Part shown: in pieces, positions 32,572 through 42,195 of the stretch
Position numbering within the stretch: position 1 is the stretch's first letter
Layout of the letters: each line of letters opens with the position of its first letter
Made by a program: the position numbers and the translations under genes
The notes under the pieces: model-generated
Databases searched by the model: none
What the model was told of the DNA's origin: nothing
What the model saw: only the letters and a program-made list of their open reading frames with translations
Source: an uncultured Pelagibacteraceae bacterium
Lineage (GTDB): Bacteria; Pseudomonadota; Alphaproteobacteria; Pelagibacterales; Pelagibacteraceae
Direction: 5' to 3'
Assembly: GCA_902536575.1 (NCBI GenBank)
Contig: CACAYA010000001.1
Location: 45,266-109,265 of the forward strand
DNA length: 64,000 nt

Positions 32572-33624
32572 TTACTCAGTTGTAACAACTCTAATACTAA
32601 ATGGATCTCCTCCCATTTTAGCTCCCCAGATCACACCACTATCAACTGCCATGTCTATAGATACAGACTCGGACGTTGATAGTTCGAGTTTAAAAGTTTT
32701 TGTTTCCTCAGTAATTTTTACTGGATGATTAGGATATTTGAAAAAAGCAGCAATTCTTCGCGCATTATCCTCATTAGAAGCTATAGTTGCATTATCACTT
32801 TGAAGCAAGTTTGCTCCTAATACTGAACCAGATAAGCCAGTTAAATCAGCATTACTGTTGTAATCCATTGATGCACTGAAGTCATAATTATCTTCACCAT
32901 CATGAGTTGGATCATTTATATTATCAATAATTTCAGTTGCAAATTCGACTGCACTATCGGCTGGTTCAGATCCACAATCTAGTCTTGCATTACCACCGTG
33001 TGCACTTACTACAACATCTACACCACCATGAGCAGCTTCGTAGTCAGTATCAGAGGGTAAATCTCCGTCATTAGAGTATACAGTTACTGCCGCCTTAGAC
33101 CAGCACCAGGTTCCACCTGATCCACCTGAAGAGCCTTTCAAAGTTGCAGGATCTCCATTTTTTAAAACATATTGTTGTTTAGTTTTAATGTGAACATGAT
33201 TATCAACTATTACTGCAATTATTGAATAAGTACCAAGAGGGATTAACAAACCACCACTTAACAAGTCTGTATCTTCATCAGGTTTTATAATAACTTCTTT
33301 TTCTTCATTTAAAATATCTACACAACCAGAATAATCTGGACTTGCACCATTTGTATATGGGTCATTAGCTTCAGTGCATAAAGCTACTTTATAGAAAGTT
33401 AATTTATATTCATCAGGTTCTTCTTGGCATGCATCTTGATCATAAGTTGTTGGTGTTGAAGTGTCTGCAAATGGTGTTCCATCACCCGTTTCAATTTTAA
33501 TAGCTCCATTTGCATCTTTCGCACAAGCTGCATATGAATTTGAACTAATTAAGATATTAATTACAATTGCAGAAAATATTAAAACTGCAAAATAAATAAC
33601 TTTATTTAAATAATTAGAAGCCAC
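32572..33624 (-). CDS. Secreted hypothetical protein (acidic, Gly/Asp/Ser-rich, 6 Cys)
   Basis: 350-aa ORF with signal-peptide-like N-terminus ending SYA-A; overlaps upstream gene by 11 nt. Confidence 0.8.
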   Translation of the reverse strand: MASNYLNKVIYFAVLIFSAIVINILISSNSYAACAKDANGAIKIETGDGTPFADTSTPTTYDQDACQEEPDEYKLTFYKVALCTEANDPYTNGASPDYSGCVDILNEEKEVIIKPDEDTDLLSGGLLIPLGTYSIIAVIVDNHVHIKTKQQYVLKNGDPATLKGSSGGSGGTWCWSKAAVTVYSNDGDLPSDTDYEAAHGGVDVVVSAHGGNARLDCGSEPADSAVEFATEIIDNINDPTHDGEDNYDFSASMDYNSNADLTGLSGSVLGANLLQSDNATIASNEDNARRIAAFFKYPNHPVKITEETKTFKLELSTSESVSIDMAVDSGVIWGAKMGGDPFSIRVVTTE

Positions 33625-34516
33625 TTATTTTTACCCCACTTTTTGAAATTTTAACAACTTTAATTTTATTTTCTCTTTGTACAGGCATGTATAATTTATT
33701 TCGAACACTTGCATTTTTTATATTTGTATCTCTTTTATCATCATTTAAATTTTCTTTTTGTTCACCGAGTGGTATTACTATTTTTAAACTTCCAAAAATT
33801 CCATCGTTATCTTTATTGTCATCTAAATATCCAATTTCAAAAGCCAGATTACCTATTGAAGAAGTCATTCCAATTTTATCTCCTTTTTCTTGGTATGTTG
33901 AATTTGGATTTTCCCATTCAAATAATTGAACAAATAAGTCTGTGTTAGATTTATTTGATAAATGATAATTTAATTTTAAATCATATCCATCAAGTGCTTT
34001 TTCTCTTCCAGTACTTGTTGATTTAAACCCAGATATTGCATCGTAGTAATTTGCGATAAAATCCAAAGAATTAGAGATAGCCTCAAGTCCTAGACCACTT
34101 CGTAAATGAGACTCATCAAATTGATAATCGATAAAAATATTTGTTCCAAGCATTAGTGTATCATTATCAAGTAGTTTTCTTTTACCTATACCAAGATTAA
34201 TAGTTGTTTTGCTGTCTTGTGATATTAAATTTAATTGATTAAATAATGCACCATCATCATATTCAATTAATTTAGAAACACTTTTGAGTTCTATTGAAGG
34301 ATCAAAACCTTCATGAATATTTATTGAAAAATCAAGATGTTTTAAATTTTCATACCTAATTAAATTTTCTCCAAATTCTTCTCCGACATTTTGAGCAAAA
34401 TCATTTATTTTTGAGTAAATTTTATTTTTTACTTCAGATTTAATTTCTTTTGCCAAAGCTACTTTTGATAAAATCGTAACTAAAAACAAAAGGAAATAAA
34501 GTTTTATAGGTTTCAT
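33614..34516 (-). CDS. Inverse autotransporter (intimin/invasin-type) beta-barrel domain protein, no passenger
   Basis: Signal peptide; TINLGIGKR, MLGTNIFIDY, HLRSGLGLEA, ANYY, ALDGYD, and linker LYMPVQRENKI. Confidence 0.8.
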   Translation of the reverse strand: MKPIKLYFLLFLVTILSKVALAKEIKSEVKNKIYSKINDFAQNVGEEFGENLIRYENLKHLDFSINIHEGFDPSIELKSVSKLIEYDDGALFNQLNLISQDSKTTINLGIGKRKLLDNDTLMLGTNIFIDYQFDESHLRSGLGLEAISNSLDFIANYYDAISGFKSTSTGREKALDGYDLKLNYHLSNKSNTDLFVQLFEWENPNSTYQEKGDKIGMTSSIGNLAFEIGYLDDNKDNDGIFGSLKIVIPLGEQKENLNDDKRDTNIKNASVRNKLYMPVQRENKIKVVKISKSGVKISGF

Positions 34517-34636
34517 GTTAATTAACTCTTAGCAGTATTAGTTAGAATAAAAAGGGTTAAAATTTATGTTAATATTCAATCAATTCAACTAATAAGTGTT
34601 AATAAAAGTGAAGAGAATCATCTAAATTCAAATAGT

Positions 34637-34675
34637 GAGGTGATGGAGGGAGACTGAAGTCACCTCTTTTTTTTT
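34637..34675 (+). terminator. GC-rich hairpin with T9 tail; terminator of a probable unannotated small transcript
   Basis: GAGGTGA(T)-GGAGGGAGACTGAA-(G)TCACCTC-TTTTTTTTT in a divergent intergenic region. Confidence 0.6.
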
Positions 34676-34716
34676 GTAGAATTTTAACAAATCAATTTTT
34701 CATATATATTTAAAAA

Positions 34717-34917
34717 ATGGCAGACAAAAAAATAAGATCAGTTGCGAAAACTTTTTCTTGGAGACTTTTTATTTTTATTTATTGGGTAATATTTGGCTAT
34801 ATTTATACCGGAACTTTTGTTGGAGCAGGAATTTTAGGAGTTGGCTCAATTATTCCTCTTTTTTTCTATTATTTCCACGAAAGAATCTGGAATAAAGTCA
34901 AATGGGGCACTAACTAA
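34717..34917 (+). CDS. DUF2061-like small membrane protein
   Basis: RSVAKTFSWR ... YYFHERIWNKVKWG. Confidence 0.8.
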   Translation: MADKKIRSVAKTFSWRLFIFIYWVIFGYIYTGTFVGAGILGVGSIIPLFFYYFHERIWNKVKWGTN

Positions 34918-36227
34918 ATAAATTTTTTAAGTTTATCTGAGATTATGACTTTTTTATTATTGATATAATCTTCATGATTTTTTTCAATGTTTTTAAGTTC
35001 ATATAGATAGTTTACCATAACTCCAAATGATCTATTGAAACCAACTTCAGATACATTTGCATTTATATTGATATCCTCAATTGTAGCTCCATTACCTAGA
35101 TGAAATCTGGTTACATCGTTAATAGGTAGTTGTTTATGATTTTTTTCATTTATTAAATAATGAGCTACTAATTTTAAAATAGCATCTTTATTTGAAACAA
35201 TTCTAGTATCCCCTACTTTTAAATCTGAAGATTTTAAAAAAGAAATATTTTCTAAAGGTATATTACCTAAAATATTTTTAATTTTGTTATCCTCTAAATA
35301 TGAGAACCAATCTCTAAAACCTGGAATAGGTGACAGGGTTCCAAATTTTTTAATATTAGGCAATTCTTCTTGAATTTCATAAACAACTCTTTTTATTAAA
35401 AAGTTACCCAAAGTCACTCTCGATAAACCATCTTGACAGTTACTAATTGAATAAAAAGTTGCAGTATCAAGATTTTTCCCTTTCACAGCCTGTGGTTTTG
35501 TAATTTCTTGAATGGATTTACTTAAACCATTAGTAAGTGCTACTTCGACAAATATTATTGGTTCGTCCTCTAGTGCTGGATGAAAGTAAGAAAAAAATCT
35601 TCTATCTTCGCCTAGTCTTCTTTTGAGTTCATCCATATCTTTAATTTCATGAACTCTTTCATATTTCATAATTTTTTCTAAAACAGCTGCTTTAGTATCC
35701 CAAGTAATTTTAGCCAATCTTAAAAATCCAGGATTAAACCAAGATTTAAATAATTCTCGTAAATCATCATCTAAAGCCTTTAATTCTGGACTCTCTTGTA
35801 ATATTTTTAATAAATCTTCTCTTAATGAAACTATTGTAGATATGCCATTTGGAGCCATATTCATTCTTCTAAATAACTCTCTCCTCTTTCCTTCAGATAC
35901 TACAAACAAATTATACAAGTTTTTATCATTTTGAGTTTTTTGATAACTTTCTATAGCTTCTGAAACTTTTGTGTGACTAGGTTTAAATTTCTCATTAATT
36001 TTCTTAAAAAAAGCTAGTTTGTTCTCAGGTGTGAGAGTTTGATAGAGATCTGTCACATCTCTTGCAACTGTAATGCCAAAAGCTGCACCTTTGTTAGAAA
36101 TTAAGTCATCACACAAAGACAATATTGTCTCTAGATCGTTCTTTTTAAGTTCCTTTTTTTTGAATAGTTTTTGACCTACATCAGCGATTGATGAAATAAT
36201 ATCTTTTAAGTTAAACATGTTTTTCAT
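34914..36227 (-). CDS. Malonyl-CoA decarboxylase
   Basis: SWFNPGFL, EPIIFVEVAL, FYSISNCQ, GNFLIK, TLSPIPGF, RFHLGNGA. Confidence 0.93.
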   Translation of the reverse strand: MKNMFNLKDIISSIADVGQKLFKKKELKKNDLETILSLCDDLISNKGAAFGITVARDVTDLYQTLTPENKLAFFKKINEKFKPSHTKVSEAIESYQKTQNDKNLYNLFVVSEGKRRELFRRMNMAPNGISTIVSLREDLLKILQESPELKALDDDLRELFKSWFNPGFLRLAKITWDTKAAVLEKIMKYERVHEIKDMDELKRRLGEDRRFFSYFHPALEDEPIIFVEVALTNGLSKSIQEITKPQAVKGKNLDTATFYSISNCQDGLSRVTLGNFLIKRVVYEIQEELPNIKKFGTLSPIPGFRDWFSYLEDNKIKNILGNIPLENISFLKSSDLKVGDTRIVSNKDAILKLVAHYLINEKNHKQLPINDVTRFHLGNGATIEDININANVSEVGFNRSFGVMVNYLYELKNIEKNHEDYINNKKVIISDKLKKFI

Positions 36228-36229
36228 CT

Positions 36230-37066
36230 CTAGTTTATACTTAAATATTCATAAAAAGATCTAATTGAAACAATTATTAAAAATGTTCCAAAAATCTTAC
36301 TCAACAAACTTTTGTTAATTTTATATACTGCTCTAGCACCTAACCGTGCCATAAACATCGTCACAGGTACAAACACTGCAAATCCTAGCAAATTTATGTA
36401 CCCTAAACTAAAAGGTGAATTAACATTATCAATTATCTTACCACTAGTTATCATTGTTATAGTTCCTGTAACAGAAATCAAAAATCCAACTGCTGCTGCA
36501 GTTCCAATAGATTTTCTAATATCGTAACCAAAAGTTCTCATAAAAGGAACCATTAATGATCCACCACCTATTCCAAGTGGTACAGAAATAAAACCAATAA
36601 CAATTCCAGAGATATTTTTAATTAAATCTGAGATTTTCTTAGGATTTTCAACAAGCTTCTCTCTTAAAAAAATGAAGAATACTCCTACTAAAAAAGCAAA
36701 TATTGAAAAAAATAAAACTAAAGCAGGTGTTTTTAAATTAACGGCTAAAAATGTTCCTGCTATTACTCCTGCTAAAATAAATATTCCAAAAGATTTAACC
36801 ATTTTAAAATCTACAGCTTCGTGTTCCATATGTGTTTTTGTTGAGATGATTGATGTTGGAACGATAATTGCTAATGAAGTTCCAACTGAAAGGTGCATTC
36901 TAGTAACAATATCAAAATCTAAAACTGAGAAAGCATAATACAATGCTGGAACCATTATTATTCCTCCACCAACACCTAGTAAGCCTGCCATAAAACCAGC
37001 TACTGCTGCAGCGATAGCTAACACAACTAATAGATTTATAATTTCATTAATATTTGAGATTTCCAT
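36230..37066 (-). CDS. TauE/SafE (TSUP) family exporter
   Basis: AGLLGVGGGIIMVP, GTSLA, GIGGGSLMVP repeat architecture. Confidence 0.9.
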   Translation of the reverse strand: MEISNINEIINLLVVLAIAAAVAGFMAGLLGVGGGIIMVPALYYAFSVLDFDIVTRMHLSVGTSLAIIVPTSIISTKTHMEHEAVDFKMVKSFGIFILAGVIAGTFLAVNLKTPALVLFFSIFAFLVGVFFIFLREKLVENPKKISDLIKNISGIVIGFISVPLGIGGGSLMVPFMRTFGYDIRKSIGTAAAVGFLISVTGTITMITSGKIIDNVNSPFSLGYINLLGFAVFVPVTMFMARLGARAVYKINKSLLSKIFGTFLIIVSIRSFYEYLSIN

Positions 37067-38070
37067 TATGTATTTGCCTGATTAGCTTTTTCATTATTTT
37101 GAACAATTGTCATTATATGTTTTGTTTTTTGAAAATCAGACTCTCTAGCCATTAAATTGTCACTTAAATATCTCTTCCATTCCTTTGATCCTATCTGGCC
37201 ATGATACAAGCCTACTGTATGTCTCATAATATGATTAACTTTTGTCCCTAATTTAACTTCTTTACTTACATATTCTAAGAGCTTTTCAGCAACTTGCTCT
37301 CTAGTTGGATTAATTTCTGTATCAAAAATTTCTCTTTCAATTTCTACTAAAGAATATGGATTTTGATATATGGACCTTCCAATCATTACTCCATCACAAT
37401 GATTTAGATGTTTGTTTATTTCTTCTATTTTAGAAATACCACCATTTATAATTATTTCTAATTCAGGATTTTGTTTTTTAATTTCATAAACCATGTTGTA
37501 ATTGAGTTTTGGAATATTTAGATTTTGCTTAGGAGAAAGTCCTGTTAACATTGCCTTTCTAGCATGTAAAATAAATGTTTTTGTACCCGCATCTCTCATT
37601 TTGTGTATAAAATTATCTAAATACTCAAAGCTTTCTACATCGTCAAATCCGATTCTAGTTTTAGCGGTAACTGGAATTTTACATGAATTAACCATTGCAC
37701 TTATGCATTCGGCTACAAGGTCAGGCTCTTTCATTAAACAAGCGCCAAACATATTTTTTTGGACCTTTTTACTAGGACAACCTAGATTAATATTAATTTC
37801 GTCATAGCCCATATCTTCTGCAATGTTTGCAACTTCAGCTAATTCATCTTTATTTGATCCACCAACCTGTAATGCTAGTGGTTTTTCCTCAGGACTATAA
37901 GATAAGATTTTTTTTCTATCCCCATTTATTGCAGATTTTGTAGCAACCATTTCTGTATAAAGCATTACGTTTTTACTCATTAATCTTAGGAAAAAACGAT
38001 CATGTCTATCTGTGCAATCCATCATTGGAGCAACTGAGATTTTTCTATTAATTTTATTTTTAATATCCAA
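37066..38070 (-). CDS. dusA: tRNA-dihydrouridine(20/20a) synthase
   Basis: VAPMMDCTDRH, NLGCPS, HARKA, VMIGR. Confidence 0.93.
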   Translation of the reverse strand: MDIKNKINRKISVAPMMDCTDRHDRFFLRLMSKNVMLYTEMVATKSAINGDRKKILSYSPEEKPLALQVGGSNKDELAEVANIAEDMGYDEININLGCPSKKVQKNMFGACLMKEPDLVAECISAMVNSCKIPVTAKTRIGFDDVESFEYLDNFIHKMRDAGTKTFILHARKAMLTGLSPKQNLNIPKLNYNMVYEIKKQNPELEIIINGGISKIEEINKHLNHCDGVMIGRSIYQNPYSLVEIEREIFDTEINPTREQVAEKLLEYVSKEVKLGTKVNHIMRHTVGLYHGQIGSKEWKRYLSDNLMARESDFQKTKHIMTIVQNNEKANQANT

Positions 38071-39391
38071 GAGGTTTACCCATTATTTTGTCAGGAAGCC
38101 ATGTAACTATTTCTGGAAAGATACACAAAATTAAAATTGCTAATGCCATTATGATCATAAATGGTATAGAGCCTTTTAAAATTTCTGACAAACTTACATC
38201 TGGGGTAATGCCTTTTATTATATAAAGATTTAATCCAACTGGCGGGGTTATTAATCCTATCTCCATATTAATAGTAAATACAATTGCAAACCAATATGGA
38301 TCAAAACCTAATGTAGTAATTACTGGTAATAATATAGCAGAAGTCATAACGATAACTGCTACTGGAGGTAAAAAAAAACCAGCTATCAAAAGAAATATAT
38401 TTATTAAAAGAAATACAACCCATTTGTTTGAACTTAGTTCAACCATGCTCTGGGCTAAAGACTGAGTTACGTAAAGTTGCGAAAGTGTAAAAGCAAAAAG
38501 ATAAGAAGCTGCAATGATAAACATTATCATTACACTTTCTTTCATTGAGACTTTAACAATATTCCATATTTTTTTCGGTTGATAAATTTTGTAAACTATA
38601 GCTATTAATACAAAAACTAAGAATGCTCCTACACCAGATGCCTCTGATGGAGTTGCTACACCACCATATAACACATACAAGACACCTGCTATAATTGCTA
38701 GGAATGGAAGAACTCTAGGAAGCACTTCTAGTTTTTCTCTTAACGTTGGAGGTGTTCTATTTCTTAAAGCTTTTGCAGCATCCTTATCAATAAAGTAGCT
38801 ATGAATAAGGGCCCAAATTGCAAACATACCTGCCAACATAAAACCAGGTACTAGTCCACATAAAAATAATCTTCCAATTGAGGTACCAGTTGCGATTCCG
38901 TAAACTATTAAAACTATACTTGGAGGAATTAAAACTCCTAATGTTCCTCCTGCTGCTATAGTGCCTGTAGCAATTTGGTCAGAGTAACCTCTTTTTCTCA
39001 TCTCTGGTATCCCCATTGTTCCAATTGCTGCACATGTGGCTGGACTAGATCCACTTAAAGCTGCAAAAATTGAACAAGCACCAATATTAGAAATAACTAA
39101 ACCACCTGGAAGCCTCCACAACCATCTATCTAAACCAGTATATAAATCTTTTCCTGCAGGAGAATTTGCTACTGCCATACCCATTAAAATAAACATTGGT
39201 ATTGAAAGTAAGACAAATGAATTTAATCCTGCATAAAACGTTTCTGCAAAAACGTCTAACATTTGAAAACCCTCAAATGATACTAAGAGAACAATTGATA
39301 CAAAGCTTAAACCAAATGCAATTGGAATTCCTGAAAAAAGAACAATTAAAGTAAAAACTGCAACAATTATAGCTATTATTAATGGGTCCAT
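38060..39391 (-). CDS. TRAP transporter large permease DctM
   Basis: SGSSPAT, GTLGVLIPPS, TPPVGLNL. Confidence 0.95.
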   Translation of the reverse strand: MDPLIIAIIVAVFTLIVLFSGIPIAFGLSFVSIVLLVSFEGFQMLDVFAETFYAGLNSFVLLSIPMFILMGMAVANSPAGKDLYTGLDRWLWRLPGGLVISNIGACSIFAALSGSSPATCAAIGTMGIPEMRKRGYSDQIATGTIAAGGTLGVLIPPSIVLIVYGIATGTSIGRLFLCGLVPGFMLAGMFAIWALIHSYFIDKDAAKALRNRTPPTLREKLEVLPRVLPFLAIIAGVLYVLYGGVATPSEASGVGAFLVFVLIAIVYKIYQPKKIWNIVKVSMKESVMIMFIIAASYLFAFTLSQLYVTQSLAQSMVELSSNKWVVFLLINIFLLIAGFFLPPVAVIVMTSAILLPVITTLGFDPYWFAIVFTINMEIGLITPPVGLNLYIIKGITPDVSLSEILKGSIPFMIIMALAILILCIFPEIVTWLPDKIMGKPLGY

Positions 39392-39395
39392 TTTT

Positions 39396-39884
39396 TTAGT
39401 CTGTCTGGTCGGTTAACTTTATAATTTCTGCGATGTACTGTAGTATCATTAAAATAGCTCCAATCATCATTGATGAATAAGGTATCCATAATGGAGGGTC
39501 CCAAACTGTTCCGGTTGAGTAATTTTTAGTAAATGCCTCTTCAACCATCAAAAAACCAAAATAAAATAGAATTAAAAAAAATAATAAACTTACTAATGAA
39601 GTAAAAATTTTTAATCTTAGAACGTTTTTTGAGGACAAAAAATCATATATCCATTCCATACTAACATGTGCCTTTTCACTTAAGACATAAGCGCTACCAA
39701 TGAAAGTAGATGCAACTAACAACATTGTAACTAACTCAGTTTGCCATGTAATCGCTCTTTGAAAAAAATACCTCTCAAATACTAATTCAACAATTACCAA
39801 AATTGATAATAGTAAGGCTAAAACTGCAAACGCTCCACAAGCTTTAGCCGTAAAATCACAAAATTTTAAATATTTATTTTTCAT
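39396..39884 (-). CDS. TRAP transporter small permease DctQ
   Basis: 4 TM, AHVSME, PLWIPY; between dctP and dctM. Confidence 0.9.
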   Translation of the reverse strand: MKNKYLKFCDFTAKACGAFAVLALLLSILVIVELVFERYFFQRAITWQTELVTMLLVASTFIGSAYVLSEKAHVSMEWIYDFLSSKNVLRLKIFTSLVSLLFFLILFYFGFLMVEEAFTKNYSTGTVWDPPLWIPYSSMMIGAILMILQYIAEIIKLTDQTD

Positions 39885-39922
39885 AAAAAAAAACCCCTAC
39901 TTATTTTTGATAAATAGGGGTT
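39885..39922 (-). terminator. Intrinsic terminator/attenuator between dctP and dctQ
   Basis: AACCCCTA...TAGGGGTT stem followed on minus strand by a U9 tract. Confidence 0.75.
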
Positions 39923-39936
39923 CTTTATATATTACT

Positions 39937-40947
39937 TTATTTAACTGCCAAAGCCATTTCCATTAGTTTATCTCCACCTGGAACTTTCTCAGCGAAAGCT
40001 TTATGGGAAGATTTCTTTGCAATCTCCACCCATGCAGCATGATCTTTTTCGTCCATGTAGACTAATTTAACACCTGCAGCTTTATACGCATCTTCAAACT
40101 TTTTGTCTAAGTTCTCAACTTGAGCTGTCATGTATTTTTCTGCAACTTTACCAGCAGCCATAAGTGCTTTTTGTTGTTTTGAATTTAAAGCATCATACGA
40201 TTTTTTAGACATTAAAATTGGCTCATACATGAACCATAGTCCAAATTTTCCTGGAGGTGTTGCACAAGTTACTTGCTCATAAATTTTATAACTCACAAAA
40301 CTTCCTGAACTAGTATTTGCGCCTGTTAATACACCTGTTTGAAGACCGGTATAAATTTCAGATGAAGGCATACTCTGAATACCTGCACCTGCTGCTTCTA
40401 ACATTTGGTTAAACGCTTTTCCTGCAGCTCTCATAACCTGACCTTTTGCATCGCTCGGATTTTTGATGCATTTAGACTTAGAGGCAAATCCACCACCTAA
40501 CCAAGCATCGGATAAAACAACTACACCTGCATCGGTTATAATTCTTTTAATTTCAGTCATCATAGGACCTTTATTAAATCTTAATGCGTGATCATGATTT
40601 TTTACAGTACCTGGCATTAAAGTTGCATCAAATTCTGGATGGAATTTAGATGCATATGCTAAAGGAAATGCAGAAATATCCAATTGACCAGTTGTCATTG
40701 GCTTCCACTGTTCTTTTGGTTTGTATAAAGATTTAGCTGGGTAGATTCTTATATCTATTCCAACGTTTGCTTTTTTAACTTCATCTGCAATTATTTGAAC
40801 CATTTCGTGTCTTGGATCATATGAACCGTCAGCTCTTGGAGTTCCCGGCCATTGGTGACTTGCTTTTAAAGTTACAGCATAAGCAGAACCAATTAATGTG
40901 AACGCAAGAATAAACGAAGTTAAATATAAAGATATTTTTTTTAACAT
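39937..40947 (-). CDS. TRAP substrate-binding protein DctP
   Basis: Signal peptide, LKASHQWP, MRAAG, MPSSEIYTGLQTGV; strong GAGGGAG RBS. Confidence 0.93.
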   Translation of the reverse strand: MLKKISLYLTSFILAFTLIGSAYAVTLKASHQWPGTPRADGSYDPRHEMVQIIADEVKKANVGIDIRIYPAKSLYKPKEQWKPMTTGQLDISAFPLAYASKFHPEFDATLMPGTVKNHDHALRFNKGPMMTEIKRIITDAGVVVLSDAWLGGGFASKSKCIKNPSDAKGQVMRAAGKAFNQMLEAAGAGIQSMPSSEIYTGLQTGVLTGANTSSGSFVSYKIYEQVTCATPPGKFGLWFMYEPILMSKKSYDALNSKQQKALMAAGKVAEKYMTAQVENLDKKFEDAYKAAGVKLVYMDEKDHAAWVEIAKKSSHKAFAEKVPGGDKLMEMALAVK

Positions 40948-41046
40948 TTAATTCTCCCTCTATTGTTATTTATGATAGTTGTATTAAAATGAAGATATCG
41001 TTAAGAGTCAAGTTAACAAAAAATACAGTTAATTTTAACAATTATT

Positions 41047-42192
41047 ATGGATGGACCCCTTAAAAACTTATTGGTAGTAGATTTGACTAGAGTTTTGGTA
41101 GGACCTTACTGCACTATGGTTTTATCGGATTTAGGTGCAAGAGTAATAAAGGTTGAGGCCCCTGAAATAGGTGATGATTCAAGAAAATTTGGTCCTTTTG
41201 TTGAAAATTACTCAGCTTATTTTATGTCTCTTAATAGAGGAAAAGAAAGCATAGCTTTAAATTTAAAAAATTCAGATGATAAAAAAATATTTGATAAAAT
41301 TTTATCTAAAGCAGATATCTTAGTTGAGAACTTTAAACCAGGAACCTTAAAAAAATGGGGCTATGGTTGGGAAAAAGTTAGTAAAAAGTTCCCTAAATTA
41401 ATTTATGCTTCAGCATCAGGTTTTGGACAAACAGGTCCTTTAAAAGAATTACCAGCTTACGATATGGTTGTACAAGGAATGGGTGGTTTGATGAGTGTAA
41501 CTGGTCAGCCAAATTCAGAACCTACAAGAGTTGGTACTTCAATTGGTGATATTACAGCTGGTTTGTTCACAGCAATAGGTATCAATGCAGCTTTATATGA
41601 TAGACAAAAAACTGGTAAAGGCATGTACATAGACGTTTCTATGCTTGATTGTCAAATAGCAATTCTTGAAAACGCAATTGCAAGATATTTATCTAAAAAT
41701 GAAATACCTAAACCAATGGGCTCAAGGCACCCTTCTATAGCTCCGTTTGAAGCATTTAAAACTAAAGACAGTTATATAATCATTGCTGCTGGTAATGATA
41801 AATTATTTGAAAAGCTTTGTAATATTTTAGAAGTTCCTGAAATTTTTACTGATGAAAAATTTAACTCAAATTCTTCTAGAGCAAAATATATGGATGAACT
41901 TAAAACAATTCTAGAAAAAAAACTTTGTGCTAAATCAACAAATGAATGGGTTAGTCAAATGGAGAAAGATAAAATTCCCTGTGGCCCTATATTTAATATT
42001 AAAGAAGCGGTTGAAAATCCACAGGTTGAAGCAAGAAACATGATTGTAAAAGCTTATCATAAAGTAATAGGAGATTTTAGATTGGCAGGAAATCCTATTA
42101 AAATGTCTACATATGATGATCCTGATAAAAGGGGTGATATCCCTGATTTGGATGAACACCGAGAAAAAATAATAAAAGAATTTGTAAATTAA
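41047..42192 (+). CDS. Class III CoA-transferase (CaiB/BaiF)
   Basis: DLTRVLVGPYCT, DLGARVIKVE, NRGKES, ENFKPG. Confidence 0.93.
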   Translation: MDGPLKNLLVVDLTRVLVGPYCTMVLSDLGARVIKVEAPEIGDDSRKFGPFVENYSAYFMSLNRGKESIALNLKNSDDKKIFDKILSKADILVENFKPGTLKKWGYGWEKVSKKFPKLIYASASGFGQTGPLKELPAYDMVVQGMGGLMSVTGQPNSEPTRVGTSIGDITAGLFTAIGINAALYDRQKTGKGMYIDVSMLDCQIAILENAIARYLSKNEIPKPMGSRHPSIAPFEAFKTKDSYIIIAAGNDKLFEKLCNILEVPEIFTDEKFNSNSSRAKYMDELKTILEKKLCAKSTNEWVSQMEKDKIPCGPIFNIKEAVENPQVEARNMIVKAYHKVIGDFRLAGNPIKMSTYDDPDKRGDIPDLDEHREKIIKEFVN

Positions 42193-42195
42193 AAT

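Noticed and set aside
34639-34664. GGTGATGGAG...TCACC resembling the start of a fluoride (crcB) riboswitch
   Set aside because: The loop is too long, the downstream pseudoknot partner (GATGAC.CC) is missing, and no fluoride-related gene follows.
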